NCBI GenBank assembly: GCA_945861645.1
Contig: CAMAVZ010000008.1
Coordinates: forward strand, 1-64,000
Direction: 5' to 3'
Length of the DNA: 64,000 nucleotides
Origin: Opitutus sp. GAS368
Lineage (GTDB): Bacteria; Verrucomicrobiota; Verrucomicrobiia; Opitutales; Opitutaceae
Part shown: piece by piece, positions 20,972-31,354 of the stretch
How positions within the stretch are numbered: the stretch's first letter is position 1
Layout: every line of letters starts with the position of its first letter
Translations under genes and position numbers: made by a program
The notes under the pieces: model-generated
Told to the model about the DNA's origin: nothing
Database searches by the model: none
The model's input: only the letters and a program-made list of their open reading frames with translations

Positions 20972-23176
20972 TCAGCGAGGGCGGCCGCGTCGTCGCGCGA
21001 TTTTCGCCCGCCGAAACACAACCTGCGACTCGGGCCACGTCTCCCGCGGTCCATAACGCAGCCTCCTTAAATCGGCCATAACGTCGTCGTCAGGTCCCGC
21101 CGCCAGTTGCGTGAGCCAGCGACCGGCCGTTCGACGTACCGGATCATAATCCGCTGGACCCCACCCGGAACGCAACCACCCCCAACGGCCCCAGCGCAGC
21201 AGCAGACCAACCAAGGCGACCGGGACCAAGATCCCCATCAACAATTCCCGCACCCGTGCGAAATTCCAGGGCTGAGTCCACCACGTTTTCAATCGTTGCG
21301 GATATTTAGCCAACTGGCCGAGCCAAGCTGAGCCCAGATCAGTGGTGAAGGACTTAACCTGCTCGACCATGGCGACCTGCGCCCGGGAATCAAAATTTAC
21401 AATCCGTCGATACCAGAGCACCCGCACACTATCCAAGCGCGCGCGCCAACTGCGATCCGGGGCAAAGGACGATCCGGCTTGGGCGATCGTGGATGAAAGC
21501 CGCCGTAGCCCCGGCGTTGGCTCCATCCGCAACCACGAGCCCGTACCGTCATAAATTTCAGCCCAAGCATGAGCATCAGAATTTCTCACCATGAAATAAT
21601 TTTCGACCCCATTCCAAATTCCACCATGAAAACCCGCAACAACGCGTGCCGGATAATCTGCCGCCCGAGCGAGCAGCACGAAACTAGCGGCGAAATACTC
21701 GCAAAATCCTGGCTCGCTGGAAGCCAGCCAGCGCACAATTGCATCCTGACCATCACCGGCGGGCAATTTGACCGAGAGCGCGTAAGCATGATGCGCCTGC
21801 AACCATGCGATCGCCCGATGCGCATACTCCGCGGGGGTCAAGACGGCGCCGGCGATAATCTCGGTGTTGATGCGGCGTAAAATCGCCGCATTCACTGGTC
21901 CCAGCGGACCCCGCAAGTTGGTCTCAGCTTCCGCTCGATCCTGAGCCGAAGGCGTGGTGCGATTATCCTGCACCGAGCGGAGTCGTTGCGCAAAACGGGG
22001 ATCCGGAACCGTGTCCGTCAACTCAACCGCTTCCACTTGATAGGCTGTCATGGTCATCGCTTCGGTGCGCAACGCGACGAGACGATGCCGCCGACTCGCT
22101 TGCAACGGCATCGGTTCGCGCAACCGCAACTGCCGATAACGACCGGGAATGGGCAAGAAACGACTGACCCCAGGCTCAAGATAAAAAGTCCAGCTGCCCG
22201 CCACCATCCCGCGAATTGACCCCAGTTGCTGATCGGTAATTTGCTGAGTCACCGTCTGACTGCGTAACAGTTCCTGCTTGAGTCCCGCGGAAACCCGAAA
22301 GCCATCGGGCGTATATTCATCCAAGGCCACGAGACGCCAGTAAGGCGCTAGGCCCACAATCGCTGGATCCGACACATCCACCCGCAGCGCGACGCGATCA
22401 TCTTGGATGAGGGCGCCCACTTCGCCAAATTTTAGTACGTCGGTAAAACCGGTACGACTTTGCTTCGTGATATATTGATCGAGAAAAAAGCCCGCCGTAA
22501 TCTCAAAACGCGGAATAACGATAAAGAGCAGCATTGAAAAAATAACTACGCAAAAAAAGAGCCCACTCGCAAAACCCACCCAGCGCCAATCAGCCACTTG
22601 GCGCAGGCGATAAAGATACGGTCGCCAAGAACCCAGCGCCCACGCGGGGCAGCGACTCATTTCTTCGTAGGTCAAAGCTTGGCGGGTGTTTTCCGTGAGA
22701 TCGATCAACGTCACTACGAACAAAAACCCCAGGGCGCAGCCGGTGAACAACAAGAGTAAGAAGGCGAATTCTAGAGCCACCGTCAGCACACCGGCCACAA
22801 CGACTAAAAACAGAGCCAAGAGGATCAGTTGAAGATCCTCTCGCTTTCGGCGGTAACTCACCGCGCGATAGAGCACGAGTAAAATGGCCAGCCGGATCAA
22901 GGCCGGCAGAGTATCCGGACTAAAATATAAATCAGCAATCAGGCTGAGGATGATGACCGGCACCGCCCCACGCCACACGAGCGGAGGCATTCGCGAGGGC
23001 AGGACAGGCCAAAGCATGGCGGCCATAATTAAACTCGCGGCGACTCCCACCAAACCGAGGGCCTCGATTTCCAAAAAAACGACCGTCCCGAGCGCGATCA
23101 ACGCCAGCGCGCCGCCGAGCAGCCATTTTAAGCGCCGCAATTCATCGAGATTAAGCGGTGGCAATAATTTGTCCAT
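20972..23176 (-). CDS. DUF3488/transglutaminase-like membrane protein (TgpA type)
   Basis: N-terminal multi-TM region; GFCEYFA, ARVVAGF, AHAWAE motifs. Confidence 0.88.
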   Translation of the reverse strand: MDKLLPPLNLDELRRLKWLLGGALALIALGTVVFLEIEALGLVGVAASLIMAAMLWPVLPSRMPPLVWRGAVPVIILSLIADLYFSPDTLPALIRLAILLVLYRAVSYRRKREDLQLILLALFLVVVAGVLTVALEFAFLLLLFTGCALGFLFVVTLIDLTENTRQALTYEEMSRCPAWALGSWRPYLYRLRQVADWRWVGFASGLFFCVVIFSMLLFIVIPRFEITAGFFLDQYITKQSRTGFTDVLKFGEVGALIQDDRVALRVDVSDPAIVGLAPYWRLVALDEYTPDGFRVSAGLKQELLRSQTVTQQITDQQLGSIRGMVAGSWTFYLEPGVSRFLPIPGRYRQLRLREPMPLQASRRHRLVALRTEAMTMTAYQVEAVELTDTVPDPRFAQRLRSVQDNRTTPSAQDRAEAETNLRGPLGPVNAAILRRINTEIIAGAVLTPAEYAHRAIAWLQAHHAYALSVKLPAGDGQDAIVRWLASSEPGFCEYFAASFVLLARAADYPARVVAGFHGGIWNGVENYFMVRNSDAHAWAEIYDGTGSWLRMEPTPGLRRLSSTIAQAGSSFAPDRSWRARLDSVRVLWYRRIVNFDSRAQVAMVEQVKSFTTDLGSAWLGQLAKYPQRLKTWWTQPWNFARVRELLMGILVPVALVGLLLRWGRWGWLRSGWGPADYDPVRRTAGRWLTQLAAGPDDDVMADLRRLRYGPRETWPESQVVFRRAKIARRRGRPR

Positions 23177-24374
23177 CGAGAAAAGCGTTCACCCCATGGG
23201 TGCCGGCCGGGGTGAAAGTTATAATATTGCCAAAGGCCCGAAGCGGAGTCCCGACCCCAGCGGGGAGTGCGTCTGCACTTAATTTGAGCAAGGCCAGTTG
23301 ATCCAAAAATCCTTCAAGTTCAGGCAAACGTCGAATGGCTTGATGAGGAGCATCAGCCAGGGCGACGGCGCGTAAGCGTCCCGTGGCAAATAAATCTTCG
23401 GCCAAGGTGGCGGCGAAACTGCAGAGCCGTTCGAATTGCGCGGGTTGGGACCAGTGACTCGCCCATGGCTCTAACTTTAACACGTAGCCCGGCTGACTCT
23501 CGGCGGCAAATTGCCGGAGCATCAGTTGGCCCAGGCGCGCACTCGCTTTCCAGTGAATCAACCGCTGCGAGTCCCCGGGATTATATTTGCGCAAGGCCCG
23601 TAAATCCTGACCTGAGCCGGCGCGAACGGTGCGCTGACCGGTGCCGCCGACGCGAGTCCCCGCGGCCCCGACCCACGCATAAGCAATCTGGGCTGGCCAA
23701 ACCAAGACCCGCTCGGACCGAAAGGCTCCGAGGCTTTTTTTTAAAAAACCAAACGGATATAACGAACCCACGGCGCTAACCGCCACGAGGGCGGCGCCGC
23801 GCTGGTGAGGTTGGAGGCCCCATTCAATCGCGGCATTTCCGCCACCCAACAATCGATCGCGTTGAAAAAGCCGAACGCGCGTGATGAATTGTTCGCTCGC
23901 AGCGAGCCCGGCCCGAACCGAAGGGACCGGGGCTGCTTGCGCAACCGAGGATGCCTCTAGCGGATGCGTCACTAAATCAAACCAGAGTCCATAAGTAGAC
24001 AACCAGGACTTCCGATTTTGGACCTCAAGTATCACGAGCGCGTCGTGACCGACTCGCCAGGGGCCAAGTCGGCGAAATCGCCAGCAAATCCCGCGAAAAT
24101 TAAACCACGACAGCAGGCCACTCAGCAAAAGACAGGCCAAGAGCAGCGCCAGCGTTAGGAAAAGAATATTACTGCCAGTATTATAAGCGGCGGTTCCGAT
24201 GCCCATCGCGAGCGCGATGAGGAATAATCCTAAAACGGTGGGGGCGATCTGGTGTCGTTTGAGCGGAAAAACGAGCGCCCAAACCAATTGCACCGCGCGA
24301 TAATTCTGCCGCGACTGCGGCGCACCGGGACCTTGCCAGTCCGAGCCGGCCAGCAGTTTAATATTTCCACTCAT
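23151..24374 (-). CDS. DUF58 domain protein
   Basis: LRKYNPGDSQRLIHWKASAR motif; lies between MoxR and the transglutaminase. Confidence 0.9.
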   Translation of the reverse strand: MSGNIKLLAGSDWQGPGAPQSRQNYRAVQLVWALVFPLKRHQIAPTVLGLFLIALAMGIGTAAYNTGSNILFLTLALLLACLLLSGLLSWFNFRGICWRFRRLGPWRVGHDALVILEVQNRKSWLSTYGLWFDLVTHPLEASSVAQAAPVPSVRAGLAASEQFITRVRLFQRDRLLGGGNAAIEWGLQPHQRGAALVAVSAVGSLYPFGFLKKSLGAFRSERVLVWPAQIAYAWVGAAGTRVGGTGQRTVRAGSGQDLRALRKYNPGDSQRLIHWKASARLGQLMLRQFAAESQPGYVLKLEPWASHWSQPAQFERLCSFAATLAEDLFATGRLRAVALADAPHQAIRRLPELEGFLDQLALLKLSADALPAGVGTPLRAFGNIITFTPAGTHGVNAFLDGQIIATA

Positions 24375-24422
24375 GCGGACGTCTTCCCAAGGCAGCGGGC
24401 GCAAATAATATTTCAGCGGCCC

Positions 24423-25394
24423 TCACGAGGGCACCGGCAGAGACAAGATAATGCGGTGCAAAGCCACGAGCATGGTTCGACTCTCTTCGCGAGCATCAGC
24501 TGTCGGCCGCGCCAAGGACAAACGATGCGCTAAAATGGGGCCGGCTAAAAATTGAATATCCGCCGGCAGCACAAAATCGCGACCGTGCCGGAGTGCCCGA
24601 GCCTGCGCCGCGACGCGCAGGGCCAGCCCGCCTCGCACACTCACCCCAGCCTTAAACTCCCCTTCCGTGCGGGTGGCTGTGACTAGCCGTAAAAGATAAT
24701 CCAGCACACTGTCCTCAACAAAAATCTTGCCCACTAGCGCCTGCATCGTGAGCACCTCAGCGCGCGTGACCACGGGATTCACCGCGATGGCATCATAGCC
24801 CAGACGCGCTGAGCGGAGAATAGTCAGTTCATCATCACGTTGGGGATAACCCATCGTCAGCCGCATCAGAAATCGATCCAGCTGACTTTCCGGCAATGAA
24901 AAAGTACCTTCATAATCCACCGGATTTTGCGTGGCGACGACCATGAAGGGATCACCGACGGCATGGGCGACCCCATCGACGGTGACCTTACTGCGATCCA
25001 TGACTTCGAGCAGCGCCGATTGAGTTTTGGGGGTAGCGCGATTAATTTCATCAGCCAGTACGATATTGGCGAAAACAGGACCGGGCTTAAAAATAAATTC
25101 CTTCACCGATTCATCATAGATCGAGACGCCAATGACATCGGTAGGCAGTAAATCACTGGTGAATTGAATGCGTGAAAAAGTGCAGTCCAAGGAGCGAGCG
25201 AGCGCATAAGCGAGCGTAGTTTTACCAACCCCAGGCAAATCTTCGATGAGCAGATGACCCCTGGCCAGCAGGCAAATCAAAGCCTGCTCAATCACCTCAT
25301 CCTTACCTTTAATCGTCAGGCGCATGTTAGCTTTAAGCCGTTCGATCGTGGCACGCGTCCAGGCGACTTCCGCCGCATTTGCAAGGTCACTCAT
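24423..25394 (-). CDS. MoxR-family AAA+ ATPase
   Basis: [36 protein letters not shown]. Confidence 0.95.
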   Translation of the reverse strand: MSDLANAAEVAWTRATIERLKANMRLTIKGKDEVIEQALICLLARGHLLIEDLPGVGKTTLAYALARSLDCTFSRIQFTSDLLPTDVIGVSIYDESVKEFIFKPGPVFANIVLADEINRATPKTQSALLEVMDRSKVTVDGVAHAVGDPFMVVATQNPVDYEGTFSLPESQLDRFLMRLTMGYPQRDDELTILRSARLGYDAIAVNPVVTRAEVLTMQALVGKIFVEDSVLDYLLRLVTATRTEGEFKAGVSVRGGLALRVAAQARALRHGRDFVLPADIQFLAGPILAHRLSLARPTADAREESRTMLVALHRIILSLPVPS

Positions 25395-25532
25395 AGTTTT
25401 ATGAGTATGAGTACGAATGCTTGAGGCAAACGGATTCCCTGCTTTCCTGATTTAACTCAACCACCGAGCACCCTTCGCTCGAAATATCCTCTTTCTTGCG
25501 CCGCTTCTAAAACTCTGTCTCACTGCGAAATC

Positions 25533-26498
25533 ATGCCGCTCTTCGATTATCCCCTCCCTGATCTGCTAAAGTATCAAGGCACCAACCCACGTCCCGCAGA
25601 CTTCGAGGCTTACTGGGACCAAGCCCTCCGCGCCTTAGCGGCCCACGACCCCCAAGCCGAATTGCGCCCCAATCTCACGCTGCAGTCGCCGACCGCCCAA
25701 TGTTTTGATCTCTGGTTCACCGGTATTGGGGGGGCGCGCATCTACGCTAAATACCTCCGGCCCCTCAACGCGGCTGGGCGCCGCCCCGCTGTTCTGCAAT
25801 TTCATGGTTACTCCGGCCATAGCGGCGACTGGATGGATAAACTCGCCTATGTCAGTGCCGGTTTTTGCGTCGCGGCCCTCGATTGCCGTGGCCAAGGCGG
25901 CCGATCCGAAGACCTCGGGGGAGTGCGCGGGAATACTCTGCGCGGCCATATTATCCGTGGACTGGATGAAACTGATCCACGCAAATTATATTATCATCAC
26001 GTATACCTCGATACCGCCTTGCTCGCGCGCATTGTCATGAATTTTCCTGAAGTTGATTCCACCCGTGTGGGTGCCTTTGGTCCATCGCAAGGCGGCGCTC
26101 TGACGTTAGCCTGCGCCGCCCTCGAGCCACGGATTAAGTTGGCGGCCCCCATTTTTCCGTTTCTTTGCGACTACCAACGGATCTGGGAGATGGATCTAGC
26201 TAAGGACGCTTACGAAGAGCTCCGCTTATACTTCCGCTCCTTTGATCCGCGCCACGAACGCGCGGCCGCGACTTTTACTAAATTAGGCTATATCGACTGC
26301 CAACACCTCGCCCCACGCATTCGGGCCGGCGTACTCATGTTTACTGGCCTCATGGATATGATCTGCCCGCCTTCGACCCAATTTGCCGCTTATAATAAAA
26401 TTACTAGCGCCAAGGATATCGTGATTTACCCCGACTATGGTCACGAGGGTTTGCCCGGACACGCCGATCGAATTTTCAATTTTTTCCAAGGTCTCTAA
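25533..26498 (+). CDS. Acetyl xylan esterase/cephalosporin-C deacetylase (CE7)
   Basis: FHGYSG, RGQGG, GPSQGG nucleophile, CPPSTQFAAYN, GHE. Confidence 0.92.
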   Translation: MPLFDYPLPDLLKYQGTNPRPADFEAYWDQALRALAAHDPQAELRPNLTLQSPTAQCFDLWFTGIGGARIYAKYLRPLNAAGRRPAVLQFHGYSGHSGDWMDKLAYVSAGFCVAALDCRGQGGRSEDLGGVRGNTLRGHIIRGLDETDPRKLYYHHVYLDTALLARIVMNFPEVDSTRVGAFGPSQGGALTLACAALEPRIKLAAPIFPFLCDYQRIWEMDLAKDAYEELRLYFRSFDPRHERAAATFTKLGYIDCQHLAPRIRAGVLMFTGLMDMICPPSTQFAAYNKITSAKDIVIYPDYGHEGLPGHADRIFNFFQGL

Positions 26499-26537
26499 AG
26501 CTCAGCTCAGGGCGAGGCGTTCGCCCGGCCGATGCCC

Positions 26538-26831
26538 CTACCCAACCCACGAGAGGGCCTGAATTTTCTGCGCGAGGGCACGATCCTTGAGGGTGACCTT
26601 CCCTCCAGCATCATGCGTGCTCAAGCGGAGCGCAACGCGACCATACTGATTGGTCCACTCAGGGTGGTGATTCATCGCCTCAGCCTCATAGCTGACGCGC
26701 AACATAAACGACATTGCCTCGCGAAAAGTACGAAATTCGAAGGTCTTCGCGAGCGCATCAGCTTCCATTCTCCAGCCAGGCAGATCCGTCAAGGCAGCCT
26801 GACATTCAGCGGGGGTGAGCGGTATAACCAT
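26538..26831 (-). CDS. phhB: Pterin-4a-carbinolamine dehydratase
   Basis: AEAMNHHPEW, LSTHDAGG-VT-KD motifs. Confidence 0.9.
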   Translation of the reverse strand: MVIPLTPAECQAALTDLPGWRMEADALAKTFEFRTFREAMSFMLRVSYEAEAMNHHPEWTNQYGRVALRLSTHDAGGKVTLKDRALAQKIQALSWVG

Positions 26832-26899
26832 GCCCTAACATTACCTCGAATCGCCCCTTGTCAAACCGACGACCGCTGACCTAAATCTGCCTTCCACGC

Positions 26900-27643
26900 A
26901 TGCCGCCACCCGCGCCCGAAAAAATCCCTCAGCACGTCGCCATTATCATGGACGGCAATGGTCGCTGGGCCCAAGCCCGCGGCCTGCCGCGACTCGAAGG
27001 CCACCGCCGTGGAGTCGAAACGGTACGCACGGTTGTCGACGCCGCTCGTGAACTCGGGATTCGGTATCTAACGCTGTACGCATTCTCGGTTGAAAACTGG
27101 AAACGCCCAGCCGACGAGGTTTCGGGCTTGATGGGGTTGCTCGATTATTTCCTAAAGCGCGAATTGGATAATCTGATTAAGCACAAAGTTCGCCTGCTCA
27201 CGATCGGTCGGATCGATGCCCTCCCGCTTAATGTCCAACACGAACTCAATCGGGTGATTGCGGCGACCCGAGATTTCACCGAATGGCATCTGGTCCTCGC
27301 GCTGAACTACGGCGCCCGCACCGAACTGGCCGATGCCGCCAAACATTATACCTCCGCCGTGCTCGCGGGTACCGAAAAATTAACGGAGTGCTCGTGGGAA
27401 AATCTTAGCCGTTACCTCTACACCACCGCGATTCCTGACCCCGACCTGCTGATTCGGACTTCCGGCGAGCAGCGCGTCAGTAATTTTCTGCTCATGCAAT
27501 GCGCGTATGCCGAACTCGTTTTCACCCCAGTTTTATGGCCTGACTTCCAGAAAGCTGATCTGCAGTCGGCCATTACGGAATACGCCCAGCGCGAACGTCG
27601 TTATGGTCTAACCAGCGGGCAAATTAAGACTGGCCCCCGTTAA
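26900..27643 (+). CDS. uppS: Undecaprenyl diphosphate synthase
   Basis: HVAIIMDGNGRWA, YAFSVENWKRP, IRTSGEQRVSNF. Confidence 0.97.
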   Translation: MPPPAPEKIPQHVAIIMDGNGRWAQARGLPRLEGHRRGVETVRTVVDAARELGIRYLTLYAFSVENWKRPADEVSGLMGLLDYFLKRELDNLIKHKVRLLTIGRIDALPLNVQHELNRVIAATRDFTEWHLVLALNYGARTELADAAKHYTSAVLAGTEKLTECSWENLSRYLYTTAIPDPDLLIRTSGEQRVSNFLLMQCAYAELVFTPVLWPDFQKADLQSAITEYAQRERRYGLTSGQIKTGPR

Positions 27644-27665
27644 CTCAGCCCAACCTACTTTCGCC

Positions 27666-28508
27666 GTGCTTTCCCGTATTCTCAGCACCCTAGTTCTCTG
27701 GGGCCTTATTCTGACCAGTCTCTGGTTTTTCGGTGCCCACGCGGCGGTGGTCCTGCTGACCCTACTCTCAGCCCTCACCCTCCGTGAATTTTATGGCCTC
27801 ACGGAAAAAATGGGCGCCCGCCCCTTCCGCTGGATGGGTTTGTGGGTGAGCGGCTTAATGACTGCGGGGCCCTACTATCTCGCTTTTTTCCAACAGGAAA
27901 ATTACGAAAACACCAATCTTGCGGCTGATTTAATGGTTCTCGCCTTACTCATCTCCTGTGGGCGTGTGCTGCGCGAGCGTGACGCCCACAATCGCGTTGA
28001 AACGGTCGCGGCCACCATGGGGGGCCTACTTTATATTCCTTTCATGCTGCAATTTCTCACCGGCATTTTGATGCGGGATAACGACAGCAGCGCTAATCTC
28101 TCGCTCTGTCTGTGGGTCATCGCCGTAGCAAAATTTTGCGATGTCGGTGCGTTGCTCACTGGCCTCGCCATTGGCCGGCATAAATTAGCGCCTAATATTA
28201 GTCCGAAAAAAACCTGGGAAGGCGCCGTCGGCGGAGTGCTGATTGCCGCAGGCGTAGGCGCCGCCAGCGCGTTTTATGCGGCCGGACTTCTCCCGGAAAG
28301 CCTGACTCCAGCTGTTGCCGCGCTGATCGCCGTGCCACTCGCCATCGTGGCGATCATTTCAGACCTAATCGAATCAGTGATTAAACGTCGCGCCGATGCC
28401 AAAGATACGGGTGAACTTATTCCTGGGATCGGCGGCGCCTTTGACCTGACCGATAGTCTAATTCTGACCGCTCCCGTTGCCTACTTCATTTTCTTGTTTC
28501 TAGAATAA
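27666..28508 (+). CDS. cdsA: Phosphatidate cytidylyltransferase
   Basis: ISPKKTWEG, DLIESVIKR...KDTG; operon position. Confidence 0.95.
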   Translation: MLSRILSTLVLWGLILTSLWFFGAHAAVVLLTLLSALTLREFYGLTEKMGARPFRWMGLWVSGLMTAGPYYLAFFQQENYENTNLAADLMVLALLISCGRVLRERDAHNRVETVAATMGGLLYIPFMLQFLTGILMRDNDSSANLSLCLWVIAVAKFCDVGALLTGLAIGRHKLAPNISPKKTWEGAVGGVLIAAGVGAASAFYAAGLLPESLTPAVAALIAVPLAIVAIISDLIESVIKRRADAKDTGELIPGIGGAFDLTDSLILTAPVAYFIFLFLE

Positions 28509-28598
28509 TGAATCGCCGACGCCACACGGCCCTAGCCACTCGGGGCTGCGCAGGCTGGGTTGCCCCCTTGATCTACGGGACTTAAAATTTCTTCTGTT

Positions 28599-29771
28599 GT
28601 GATAAAAAAACCTAAACGCCGCGTCGTGCTCCTCGGAGCTACTGGTTCCATCGGAGCCAGCACCCTGCGCGTCATCACCGCCCAAAGCGACCGACTGGAG
28701 TTAGTCGGCATAGCGGCCCACGGCAAATATGCCGAGCTGGCAACTATCGCGCGGCAATTCGGCGTGCGTCATGTTGGACTTTACGACTCAGCCGCCCATA
28801 CCGCCGCATGCCGCAGTGCAGATTTTCCCGCCAGCACAAAATTTTACGGTGGCGCGAGTGGCTTGAGTGAACTCGCCACTCTGCCCGAAGCGGACATTAT
28901 TTTAATCGCGGTCGTCGGCACCGCCGGTCTGCAACCCGCCCTCGCTGCCATTGCGGCAAAAAAAACGATAGCGCTCGCCGCCAAAGAAATCCTCGTGCTC
29001 GCGGGGAAATTTGTCATGGCTGCTGCCCGCGCGAGCGGCAGTCGCTTGCTCCCAGTCGACAGCGAGCACAATGCGGTTTTTCAATGTCTCGAAGGCCAGC
29101 ACTCCAGCGCGGTACGTCGGTTGGTTTTAACGGCCTCCGGCGGTGCTTTTCGCGATTGGCCAATCGACCAGCTGAATGCGGTCACCCCTGCCGATGCGCT
29201 CCGCCATCCCACCTGGGCCATGGGTCCTAAAATCACGATCGATTCGGCGACTCTTGCGAATAAAGGCCTCGAACTAATCGAAGCCCAGTACCTCTTCGGT
29301 CTGCCGCCCGCGCAATGTCAGGCCGTCCTCCACACCCAAAGCATCGTTCATGCTCTGGTGGAATTTACCGATGGCTCGCTCCTCGCACAGCTCTGTCCGC
29401 CCTCGATGACTTTCCCGATTCAGCACGCCCTGCTCTACCCCGAGCGCGCGCCCACGAGCACGGACGCGGGGCTGCCCTTAGATCGGTTGCTATCGCTCGA
29501 TTTTCGCCCAGTCGACGAACAGCGCTATCCTTGCCTGCGTTTGGCCCGGGAAGCCATGATCTCCGGCGGGATCGCCCCCGCGATATTTAATGCGGCCAAC
29601 GAAGTAGCCGTGGCGGCTTTTCTCGAAAAACGAGCACCGTTTCTTGCGATTCCCCAGATCATCGAACAGACTCTGGCGCATATCAAAATATTTGAGCCAA
29701 CTTCTTTGGACCACGTCCTAGCGGCTGATACCGAAGCTCGCCAAATCGCCCACCACCTCCTCTCCCACTAA
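28599..29771 (+). CDS. dxr: 1-deoxy-D-xylulose 5-phosphate reductoisomerase
   Basis: LGATGSIG, PVDSEHNA, HPTWAMGPKITIDSAT, NAANE. Confidence 0.97.
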   Translation: MIKKPKRRVVLLGATGSIGASTLRVITAQSDRLELVGIAAHGKYAELATIARQFGVRHVGLYDSAAHTAACRSADFPASTKFYGGASGLSELATLPEADIILIAVVGTAGLQPALAAIAAKKTIALAAKEILVLAGKFVMAAARASGSRLLPVDSEHNAVFQCLEGQHSSAVRRLVLTASGGAFRDWPIDQLNAVTPADALRHPTWAMGPKITIDSATLANKGLELIEAQYLFGLPPAQCQAVLHTQSIVHALVEFTDGSLLAQLCPPSMTFPIQHALLYPERAPTSTDAGLPLDRLLSLDFRPVDEQRYPCLRLAREAMISGGIAPAIFNAANEVAVAAFLEKRAPFLAIPQIIEQTLAHIKIFEPTSLDHVLAADTEARQIAHHLLSH

Positions 29772-31243
29772 TGTCTGCGGCTACTCTCACTGCTTTGCTC
29801 GGCAATATTTGGTCAATTTTCTTGATCATCCTTTTTTTCGGCGGATCGATTTTCGTGCATGAGCTGGGGCACTTCCTCGCGGCTCGCCGCCGGGGGCTGA
29901 AAGTATCGCGCTTTTCCATTGGCTTCGGGCCGGCCCTGTTCTCCCACACCGGCCGCGACGGCGTTGAATACCGTATAAACTGGCTGCCGCTCGGTGGCTA
30001 TGTGGCCTTACCTCAGCTGGCCGATCTCAGTGGGCTCGAGGGTGAAGTTGACCCCCAGGCGGCCCAACTGCCCCCGATCTCTTACAGCACCAAGCTCATC
30101 GTTTTTGTCGCCGGGGCAGTCTTCAACGTACTCTTTGCTTTTACCCTCGCCGCCGTTTTGTGGATCGTGGGTCAGCCGGTGGTAGAGGAAGAACAAACTA
30201 CAAAAATTGGCTTTGTTCACCCGACCATCGAACTGCCTAACGGCAAATCAACTCCGGGACCAGCCTTTCTGGCCGGGCTGCAGAGTGGCGATGTTATTTT
30301 AACGGTCGATGGCAAGACGGTTAAAACGCTCAGTGATATCGGCCAATTAGTAGTCCTCGGCAGCGGCCGCACTCCGCAAGGCCGACCGAGTGTAGAAATT
30401 GAATTCACCCATGAAGGCAAAGCGCAGCGTGCCACCTTGGTCCCGGAATTAGTTGGCGCGGAAGAAGTGCGCGAAATTGGCATTGAACCAGCAGCTAAAG
30501 TAACAATCGCCGGAGTCCAAGCGGGCCTCCCCGCCGAAGCCGCTGGTCTTAAATTTCGTGATGTCATTACCCACATCAATAGTCAACCCGTCGGCTACGT
30601 TGGCTTCATCGCTGATTATTTACGCTTGAATGGCGAAAAGCCCGTAACACTGACCTATCTGCGCGAGAGCCAAATCAATCAAGTCACAGTTGTACCGGCT
30701 AAAATAAACGATCCGGAAACTAAACGAGAGGTTTACCGGCTCGGCGTGCAACTGCGCGGGGCGCTCACGTTGAAAACCATTCGTACGCCCCCTTGGGAAC
30801 AGGTTTGGGATAAGGCGGTGTGGACGGGGCGCACGCTGCAAAGTCTACTCAGCCCGAATTCCAATATTGGCATTTCTAAGCTGAGTGGCCCCCTCGGGAT
30901 CGCTGACCGCGTCCACCAATTTGCCCAAGTCGATTTCCGCCTCCTGCTCTGGTTCATCATCTTGATAAATGTGAACCTCGCGATCTTCAACCTGCTGCCG
31001 ATTCCCGTGCTGGATGGCGGACATATAGCCTTTGCCACCATCGCAAAATTACGCGGCAAAGATCTGCCCATAAAAATAGTTGCGACTATTCAGAGCGTGT
31101 TTGTGGTCTTACTCCTTTCGATGATGGCTTACGTCACGCTGCTCGGTGATTTACCGCGGATGGCCCGAGAATCAAAAGCGGCGACGCAAGCGAAGGAAGC
31201 CGCCGCGCAGTCGAAAAAAAGCGCCGATCCCGCCAAACCCTAA
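29771..31243 (+). CDS. rseP: RIP metalloprotease RseP with two PDZ domains
   Basis: HELGH, PLGGYV, NLLPIPVLDGG. Confidence 0.95.
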   Translation: MSAATLTALLGNIWSIFLIILFFGGSIFVHELGHFLAARRRGLKVSRFSIGFGPALFSHTGRDGVEYRINWLPLGGYVALPQLADLSGLEGEVDPQAAQLPPISYSTKLIVFVAGAVFNVLFAFTLAAVLWIVGQPVVEEEQTTKIGFVHPTIELPNGKSTPGPAFLAGLQSGDVILTVDGKTVKTLSDIGQLVVLGSGRTPQGRPSVEIEFTHEGKAQRATLVPELVGAEEVREIGIEPAAKVTIAGVQAGLPAEAAGLKFRDVITHINSQPVGYVGFIADYLRLNGEKPVTLTYLRESQINQVTVVPAKINDPETKREVYRLGVQLRGALTLKTIRTPPWEQVWDKAVWTGRTLQSLLSPNSNIGISKLSGPLGIADRVHQFAQVDFRLLLWFIILINVNLAIFNLLPIPVLDGGHIAFATIAKLRGKDLPIKIVATIQSVFVVLLLSMMAYVTLLGDLPRMARESKAATQAKEAAAQSKKSADPAKP

Positions 31244-31354
31244 ACCGTTGGTCGTCCGCCCTGCAGGCTGCCTGCCTCCGCCGAGTTCAATTTATTACGC
31301 TGCTCGGCGACCAACGCTTGCCAGCCCCGGCCGGTTATTGCTTGATTTTCAGTT

